Part shown: one piece after another, positions 1 through 5,560 of the stretch
Position numbering within the stretch: position 1 is the stretch's first letter
Layout of the letters: each line of letters opens with the position of its first letter
DNA from: Verrucomicrobiia bacterium
GTDB taxonomy: Bacteria; Verrucomicrobiota; Verrucomicrobiia; Limisphaerales; JACQFS01
Assembly: GCA_036522715.1 (NCBI GenBank)
Contig: DATDFH010000421.1
Coordinates: forward strand, 1-32,562
Reading direction: 5' to 3'
Length of the DNA stretch: 32,562 bases
Notes under the pieces: generated by a model
What the model saw: the letters and a program-made list of their open reading frames with translations, nothing else
What the model was told of the DNA's origin: nothing
Databases searched by the model: none
Program-made: the position numbers and the translations under genes

Positions 1-191
1 CACGGCGCGGCCGGCCGCCGCAGCACCGGCGGCCACGGTCTTGGTGGACTGGCAGGAGACTGCCTGCTCGATCGATCTGATCAATTTCGAGTCCGCGTCT
101 CACCAGCGATGTTCGCTGCTGAGAAAGCACATTCCACCACACGAGTGTGTGGCTGGAGCAACAAACACAAACCCCAAGCAAAGAAAGCACA

Positions 192-401
192 ATGAAAACA
201 CTGAATCCTACACTCGAGCGGCTCGAGGAACGAGTCGCACCAGACCTGTTCGGTACGATCGGGATCGGGGTTGGAGTGGGTCTGGGCGTTGGCATCGGCA
301 TTGGTGGAGGCACCAGCTGCCAAGACTCAGTGAGTTCCTGTGACAACAGCTCACGGGACACCAACAGTGGCACCTGCCACTGCGGGCGACACAGCCACTG
401 A
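192..401 (+). CDS. Small 69-aa Gly-zipper / Cys-His-rich peptide; candidate ribosomally made secreted peptide precursor (bacteriocin/RiPP-like)
   Basis: The ATG at 192 is in frame within ORF 147..401, with a purine-rich aaagaaag just upstream. Translation: MKTLNPTLERLEERVAPDLFGTIGIGVGVGLGVGIGIGGGTSCQDSVSSCDNSSRDTNSGTCHCGRHSH. It has a hydrophilic N-terminus containing LERLEERVAP, then a ~20-aa (G-x)n hydrophobic block, then a polar tail with 4 Cys and 3 His. It lies directly upstream of, and co-directional with, the PqqD-like/M50/HlyD gene. I recognise no family. A short ORF in GC-rich DNA is not proven to be coding. Confidence 0.5.
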   Translation: MKTLNPTLERLEERVAPDLFGTIGIGVGVGLGVGIGIGGGTSCQDSVSSCDNSSRDTNSGTCHCGRHSH

Positions 402-461
402 CGGCAGGGCTGAGTAGTCGGGCCTGTTAAAGGTCCGGCTGAACGGCCCACCAAATAACAA

Positions 462-490
462 GGGAGGGCCGCGGTTCTCGCGGCCTTCCC
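462..490 (+). terminator. GC-rich stem-loop between the peptide ORF and the downstream gene (possible partial terminator/attenuator or mRNA-stability hairpin)
   Basis: A 12-bp stem pairs 462-473 with 479-490 (one G:U at 466/486); the loop is gttct (474-478). Only a short ttt (493-495) follows. The hairpin lies between the peptide stop at 401 and the ATG at 524. Confidence 0.35.
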
Positions 491-523
491 CCTTTGGGTC
501 CGGAGATCAACCATTCCCGCCTC

Positions 524-2914
524 ATGTCTCGTGAACCGCCCAAACTCCGGAGCGACCTGCTGTTCAGCCGGCGGGAACGGGACGGGCGTACGACATTCGT
601 GGTCAAGGATCCGGCGGCCAGCCAGTTCTTCTCGCTGAAAGACGAGGAGCGTTTCATCGCGGCCCAACTTGACGGACATACTCCGCTGGAAACGATCCGC
701 CGGCGGGTCGAGGAAAAGTATGACGTCTCGCTCAGTCAGGAATCATTGGCGAGTTTCATCAAGAGCCTGCGCCACTCCAATCTTCTTGAAGCCGCGACCG
801 GGCCGGCGCAGCCAAAGCGACGAAGCCGCCTGCGGGGCGGACTGTTGTCGCTGCGATTCAAGGTGCTCGATCCGGACGCGCTGTTCACCCGATTGGCAAG
901 GAGGGTCCGCTTCTGTTTCACGCGCGGCTTCGTCACCTGGACGCTCGCGCTGATCGCGTTGGCGTTCATCGTCGCGGTCGGGAACTGGGACGCACTAAGA
1001 TTTGACCTCACCCGGCTGATTCGATGGGAGGCATTGGCCTGGTTGATCCCGGCGATGTTTGCGGTCTCGACGGCGCACGAATTCGCGCACGGGCTGACGT
1101 GCAAACATTTCGGCGGCGAGGTGCGCGAGTTGGGCCTGCTGCTGATGTATCTCCAGCCCGCGTTCTATTGCAACGTGAGCGACGCCTGGCTTCTCCCGGA
1201 AAAACGAAAGCGACTGTGGATCGGCTTTGCAGGACCGTACCTCGAATTGTTCGTGTGGACCTGCGCTGTGTTGGTCTGGCGCCTCACCGATCCGGAGTCG
1301 TTGCTCAACTACGGCGCCTTGGCGGTGATCGCCACCTCCGGCTTCAAGACGCTGATGAACTTCAATCCGCTGATCAAACTCGACGGCTACTATCTGCTTT
1401 GCGATCTGTTGGAGACGCCCAACCTGCGGCAACGTGCCTACGCTTACGTCGGCAATGCCATCCGGCGCCTGCTGGGATCGGGCGCCGACGAACCCGACGA
1501 ACTGTCGCGGCGCGAGCGGCGGATCTACCTCGCCTACGGACTGGTCGCCTCGGTGTTCTCCGTCTCGCTGCTGGGGTTCGCGCTGGTGAAGCTCGGCGGG
1601 TTCCTGATCGACAAGCAACTGACCGGGACGGCATTTCTGGCCACCGGTCTTCTGGGCTTGAAGTTCGGCCGGCGATTCAAGCGGCTGTTCGGCAAGACGT
1701 CAGACCCGTCCGCATCAGACGATATTTCCATCGCTGAGCCGTCAGGCGAATCGGACGGCGCATCGGACGAGTCGTCTCCCGCAGCGAAACGCAAGAAACC
1801 CGGCGGTCTCAACCGGCGCGCGGTGGTCGTGGCACTCCTCGCAGGAATCGGTTTGCCGCTTGCATTCCTCTGCCGGATGCAGCTTCGCATTTCAGGTCCT
1901 TTCATGGTGCTGCCGATCCACAACGCCGACGTGCGCGCCGAAGTCGGCGGCACCATCGAGGAAATTTTTGTGGACGAAGGCGCCGCGGTCCGCAAAGGCG
2001 ACCCGATCGCCCGGCTGTCTGATCGCGACAACCGCGCGGTGCTGGAGAGGACGTTGGCCGAAATGGAGCAGTTGCGGGCGCAGATCCGTTTGCTCGAAGC
2101 CGGGCCGCGCCCGCAGGAAATCGAACTGGCGCGAATCGCCGTCGCTCGCGCCGAGGAGCGGGCCAGGTTCATGCAAAAGAACCTTGAGCGCGACAAACAA
2201 CTGGTCCAGGACCAACTGCTCGCGCGAAAAGATTTCGATGCCAGCCAGCAGGCTGTGTTGGACAGCAAGAACGACATTGCCGATGCGAAGAAAAGACTGG
2301 AGTTGCTTCTTGCCGGCAGCCGGCTCGAGGACATCGAGGCCGCCAAGGCCGGCCTCGCCCGACTCGAAACTCAGCGCCGCTACGTGGAGGAACAACTGGC
2401 CCACGTCAAAGTCGTCAGCCCCGCTGCGGGCATCGTGACCACACCGTCGCGGGAACTGAAGGAGAAGATCGGCCTCGTCGTAAAGGAGGGAGACCTGATC
2501 GCCAAGGTCCATGAACTGGACTCGGTGGAAGTCGAGACACCCGTTTCCGAACGCGACATCGCCGACATCAAGGTCGGACAGAAAGTCGCGCTGAAAGCCC
2601 GGGCGTATCCCGAGCGAATGTTCTTCGGCACCGTCACGTCCATCGGCACCACCGCACAAATCGGAACGCCGGCGCAATTCGCCGCCAGCGGCGCTTCCAC
2701 TTCATCCACGTCAGCCAGTACGTCGTCGTCCAGCGGTGCGTCCCCGACGGCCCGGTCCGTTCTCGTGACGACCCAAATCAACAACGAGGACCAGTTGCTC
2801 AAACCCGGAATGACGGGGATGCTCAAGATCTCCTGCGGCACCCGTCGCATTTTCGATCTCCTGACGCGCCGCCTTGCCCGGACCATCCGGGTGGAATTCT
2901 GGTCCTGGTGGTAG
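524..2914 (+). CDS. Tri-domain fusion protein: PqqD-like (RRE-type) peptide-binding domain + peptidase M50 (site-2-protease family) + HlyD-family membrane fusion protein
   Basis: This is ORF 494..2914; I prefer the ATG at 524 over the TTG at 494. The N-terminus is PqqD-like (FVVKDPAASQFFSLKDEERFIAAQLDGHTPLETIRRRVEEKYDV...FIKSLRHSNLLE). A multi-TM core follows, with HEFAH (1076..1090) and the second M50 motif NFNPLIKLDGYY. Next come an acidic/Ser-rich linker and a TM segment (VVVALLAGIGLPLAFL). The HlyD part has a lipoyl-like hairpin (VRAEVGGTIEEIFVDEGAAVRKGDPIARL), a long coiled coil, VVSPAAGIV, and a beta-barrel (VGQKVALKARAYPERMFFGTVTSIG) interrupted by a Ser/Thr-rich insert. Confidence 0.85.
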   Translation: MSREPPKLRSDLLFSRRERDGRTTFVVKDPAASQFFSLKDEERFIAAQLDGHTPLETIRRRVEEKYDVSLSQESLASFIKSLRHSNLLEAATGPAQPKRRSRLRGGLLSLRFKVLDPDALFTRLARRVRFCFTRGFVTWTLALIALAFIVAVGNWDALRFDLTRLIRWEALAWLIPAMFAVSTAHEFAHGLTCKHFGGEVRELGLLLMYLQPAFYCNVSDAWLLPEKRKRLWIGFAGPYLELFVWTCAVLVWRLTDPESLLNYGALAVIATSGFKTLMNFNPLIKLDGYYLLCDLLETPNLRQRAYAYVGNAIRRLLGSGADEPDELSRRERRIYLAYGLVASVFSVSLLGFALVKLGGFLIDKQLTGTAFLATGLLGLKFGRRFKRLFGKTSDPSASDDISIAEPSGESDGASDESSPAAKRKKPGGLNRRAVVVALLAGIGLPLAFLCRMQLRISGPFMVLPIHNADVRAEVGGTIEEIFVDEGAAVRKGDPIARLSDRDNRAVLERTLAEMEQLRAQIRLLEAGPRPQEIELARIAVARAEERARFMQKNLERDKQLVQDQLLARKDFDASQQAVLDSKNDIADAKKRLELLLAGSRLEDIEAAKAGLARLETQRRYVEEQLAHVKVVSPAAGIVTTPSRELKEKIGLVVKEGDLIAKVHELDSVEVETPVSERDIADIKVGQKVALKARAYPERMFFGTVTSIGTTAQIGTPAQFAASGASTSSTSASTSSSSGASPTARSVLVTTQINNEDQLLKPGMTGMLKISCGTRRIFDLLTRRLARTIRVEFWSWW

Positions 2915-2960
2915 TCACCAACACCGTTTCAACGACGAACCATTCGACGATGACCCAGCG

Positions 2961-3929
2961 ATGATTGCGAATCCCACAATGCCCGAACCCGAAGCCGACG
3001 TCCCGGTGGAGACGAACCACGAGATCGTGGACGATTACGTCTATCTCATCGGCCGGCCGACGCTCCAGGCCTTTCTGAGCTTCGTCAAAAACCGCTCGCG
3101 GAACGGCCGTCGCGCCGATGTCGGAGCGCTCACCGACGAATGGCGCGCTGCCGCCCGGCACATTGCCAAATTGGAAAAAACCGAAGCCGGTCGCGCCGAC
3201 CGGCCCGCGATTCAGCCGTTGCCGGCACATCTGAAATCGCTCGAGGAGCAGTTCATGCGCGACCCACTCGTGCAAAACGGCTTCAACAACGTTCCCACCG
3301 AAATCGGCATGGTGGAACTCGACCGGCTCGTGGTTTACCAGCATCACATTGATCTCTCGTATGTCGCCAAGCTGAAAGAAAGACTCGGCCCGTCGCCGCG
3401 TGAAGAGGACATCTTCCGGCTCTGCCTGCCGTTCGACCGCCGCGATCCTCAAGTCAAATGGGCGCGGGTGCATCGCGACACCTACGTGTTCGAGTCGCCC
3501 TCGAACGATTTGCGCTTTCTCGGCGCGATGCCGTTGGAGCCGGCCAACATCACGGGCTGTCCGCCGCCCGGCGCGCTGGCCGGCGTGGTGGGTTTGGCGG
3601 TTGGCTTCGGCCCCAACTTCCTCAGTGTCATCAGCGCCTATGACCGGCTCATCCTGCACAACGGCAGTCACCGCGCCTTCGCGTTGCGTGAGCTCGGCGT
3701 GACCCATGCGCCGTGCGTCATCCAACACATCTATTCGCGCGAGGAACTCAACGTCGTGGCCGCCAGCGCGGTGACCGCGCGCCCGGACGTTTTCGTGGCG
3801 CAACCGCGCCCGCCGTTGCTCCGGGATTACTTCGACCCGGACCTGCGCAAGATCATTCCCGTCCTTCGCCGGCTGCGTCAGGTAACGGTAAAATTTCAAG
3901 TGGACGAAGGCTACGTGCCGGCCTTTTAG
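2961..3929 (+). CDS. Hypothetical protein with a C-terminal ParB/sulfiredoxin-like motif; function unknown
   Basis: This is the frame of ORF 2874..3929. The ATG at 2961 lies 47 nt after the upstream stop, whereas the TTG at 2874 would overlap it by 41 nt. I recognise no family for most of the protein. YDRLILHNGSHRAFALRELGVTHAPCVIQHI resembles the DGxHR...ELG core of ParB/Srx-fold domains; this is from memory and unverified. Confidence 0.6.
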   Translation: MIANPTMPEPEADVPVETNHEIVDDYVYLIGRPTLQAFLSFVKNRSRNGRRADVGALTDEWRAAARHIAKLEKTEAGRADRPAIQPLPAHLKSLEEQFMRDPLVQNGFNNVPTEIGMVELDRLVVYQHHIDLSYVAKLKERLGPSPREEDIFRLCLPFDRRDPQVKWARVHRDTYVFESPSNDLRFLGAMPLEPANITGCPPPGALAGVVGLAVGFGPNFLSVISAYDRLILHNGSHRAFALRELGVTHAPCVIQHIYSREELNVVAASAVTARPDVFVAQPRPPLLRDYFDPDLRKIIPVLRRLRQVTVKFQVDEGYVPAF

Positions 3930-4100
3930 CGAGGGGGGATTTTCAAGGCGCAGATCAACCCCTGCCGAGACAGTTGCGATTAGGAGACACGGGGTATTCA
4001 GCCCACTCGGGTTCCCTATTTTACCCCACCCGGATGGAGGTTTGTTCCCGCCTAGGCGTCCGGCGGAAAGCATTTACGGTTTGTCACAAGGAGCAGCGTC

Positions 4101-5255
4101 ATGCTCCGAAACGAAGTGCAAACTACAAACCAAAGGAATCCAATGAAGAACCCCACATGGGTGTCCCCACCCAAAATGGTGACCGTCAGCGCGTGCCTTG
4201 CTGCGATAGCCTTGACACTCGCCGACGGCCAGAAATCCCTGCTTGCGCAGGGTCTCCTCGAACAGTCTCCGGGCGTTGCCTACAGCGGTCAAGCCACGGC
4301 GATCAACATCACGGACACGCACAATTTTCCCAGTCCGATCGTGTTCTGTGACACCGGGCCGCTGCCCAGTGGCGGCGGCTTTCTCGAAGCCTCAGCCAAT
4401 GAGACGAGCGTCGCCAACGGGGCGCTCACCTTCCGCATGGCTCACGCCACCACGCGCGGCGATGGTCCCGAGGTCGTGTCGGACACTTCGGTGAACGACT
4501 TCTTCATCGAGATCATGGCGATGGATGGGACGATCTCCACGTTGCGCGCCCGTTTCGTCGGGTCCGAGGCGTCGGCCTCGTGCCGATCCAGCGGGCAGGT
4601 GGACGTCGGCGCCTCAGCCGTCATCGAGGGTCTGGTGCTCAACGGCGTCGCCGTCAAGGTCACCAAGAGGCCCAACCAGGTGGAGTACTTCCCCGGTGGA
4701 CGAATCATCATCAACGAGCAGAGCAGTTCTGTGAACGGGAGCATGGGTCACATCACCATTGTGGCCCTGCACATCCTTGTCGATGGCTGCATGAACGGGA
4801 TGATCGGCTTCGCCCACGCGGACATCACGTGTCCCAGCGGGACCACCGTGCCGCCGCCCGAATGCGGCAAGCTGACTGGCGGCGGATGGATTGTCGGAAC
4901 GCCCTCGGGTGCCAAGGGGACCTTCGCGGTCGGCGGCGGCATCCGTCGGGGTGAGTTCTGGGGCCACCTCAACTACATCGATCATGGCAACGGCATGCAC
5001 GTCCATGCGACATCGGTTACCGGTTTCACGGTCGATCCCAACGACTCGACCTGCCGGATCATCGACTACAACGTGACCATTGACGGGTCACCAGGCACCG
5101 CGAGGGTGCGCGCCTGCGACAAGGGCGAACCCGGCCGGGACGACATCTTTGAGATTCAGGTGTCCAACGGCTACTTCGCGGGCGGCGACCTCGGCGGCAA
5201 CGACCCGGGCGGCGGCAACATCCAGTTGCACAAGTGCCCGCCGGGCTGGCAGTGA
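4101..5255 (+). CDS. Secreted/anchored beta-rich hypothetical protein
   Basis: The ATG at 4101 is preceded by aaggag at 4088..4093. There is an N-terminal hydrophobic segment, MVTVSACLAAIALTLA. The segment NGVAVKVTKRPNQVEYFPGGRIIINEQ...ITIVALHI is reminiscent of choice-of-anchor-type secreted beta-sandwich families (unverified). The C-terminal half is Gly-rich with several Cys. Confidence 0.7.
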   Translation: MLRNEVQTTNQRNPMKNPTWVSPPKMVTVSACLAAIALTLADGQKSLLAQGLLEQSPGVAYSGQATAINITDTHNFPSPIVFCDTGPLPSGGGFLEASANETSVANGALTFRMAHATTRGDGPEVVSDTSVNDFFIEIMAMDGTISTLRARFVGSEASASCRSSGQVDVGASAVIEGLVLNGVAVKVTKRPNQVEYFPGGRIIINEQSSSVNGSMGHITIVALHILVDGCMNGMIGFAHADITCPSGTTVPPPECGKLTGGGWIVGTPSGAKGTFAVGGGIRRGEFWGHLNYIDHGNGMHVHATSVTGFTVDPNDSTCRIIDYNVTIDGSPGTARVRACDKGEPGRDDIFEIQVSNGYFAGGDLGGNDPGGGNIQLHKCPPGWQ

Positions 5256-5292
5256 ACTGAAGTCGTGATTGCAATTGTGTCATGACCAACAA

Positions 5293-5329
5293 CCCCCGGC
5301 CGTGTTTGCATACTCCGCACGTCCGGGGG
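5293..5329 (+). terminator. Imperfect stem-loop downstream of the 4101..5255 gene (possible terminator)
   Basis: cccccggccgtg (5293-5304) pairs with cacgtccggggg (5318-5329), with one mismatch (5300/5322) and a 13-nt loop. The following sequence, ccttcttccc, is only weakly T-rich. Confidence 0.3.
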
Positions 5330-5518
5330 CCTTCTTCCCAAGGCGCCCATGCGCAACAGCCGCCCCGCGAGCAAAGTGAGTGATCCGGGTGGCACCTACC
5401 AACATGGGGTCAATCACCCCAAGCCTTTCAGGGTTTCACCCATCTACACGAGGGCATTGCGCGCATCTAGTTTCTGCACAGTGACGCAATATCCAACGCC
5501 ATCGAAAGGAATCTGAAT

Positions 5519-5560
5519 ATGAAGCCCGTCCGCTTGTTGATGAAGCCCGTCCGCTTGTTG
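5519..5560 (+). repeat. Perfect 21-bp tandem duplication that includes the start codon (atgaagcccgtccgcttgttg x2)
   Basis: 5519-5539 and 5540-5560 are identical, giving MKPVRLL-MKPVRLL and two in-frame ATGs. aaagga lies about 8 nt upstream of the first copy. Confidence 0.95.

Noticed and set aside
1-191. A possible truncated gene at the left edge. Plus frame 1 is open from nt 1 to a stop at 193..195 (…GGHGLGGLAGDC…). Alternatively, a minus-strand start near 84..86 (TTG) reads out of the window.
   Set aside because: There are only ~60 codons and no motif. Both strands show GC3-type bias, so I cannot decide between coding options or a non-coding leader. Not reported as a feature.
147-191. The upstream extension of the peptide ORF (MWLEQQTQTPSKEST…) given in the ORF track.
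   Set aside because: The track start is a non-ATG codon. The in-frame ATG at 192, with a purine-rich stretch before it, gives a compact peptide with a leader-like N-terminus. The longer form cannot be excluded.
494-523. The TTG at 494 as the start of the M50-HlyD fusion gene, and the TTG at 2874 as the start of the next gene.
   Set aside because: In-frame ATGs at 524 and 2961 avoid the hairpin (462..490) and a 41-nt overlap respectively. Either start remains possible, and protein-level conclusions are unaffected.
2823-4073. A 416-aa minus-strand ORF overlapping the 2961..3929 gene. Similar shadow ORFs include 995..1618, 1534..2346, 5969..7024, 8765..9979, 11503..13203, 14131..16584, 16759..18450, 18639..19988 and 29747..30883.
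   Set aside because: All lie antisense to, or out of frame with, ORFs that have clear domain signatures. Their products are Arg/Gly/Pro-rich with no motifs. I treat them as GC-driven open frames.
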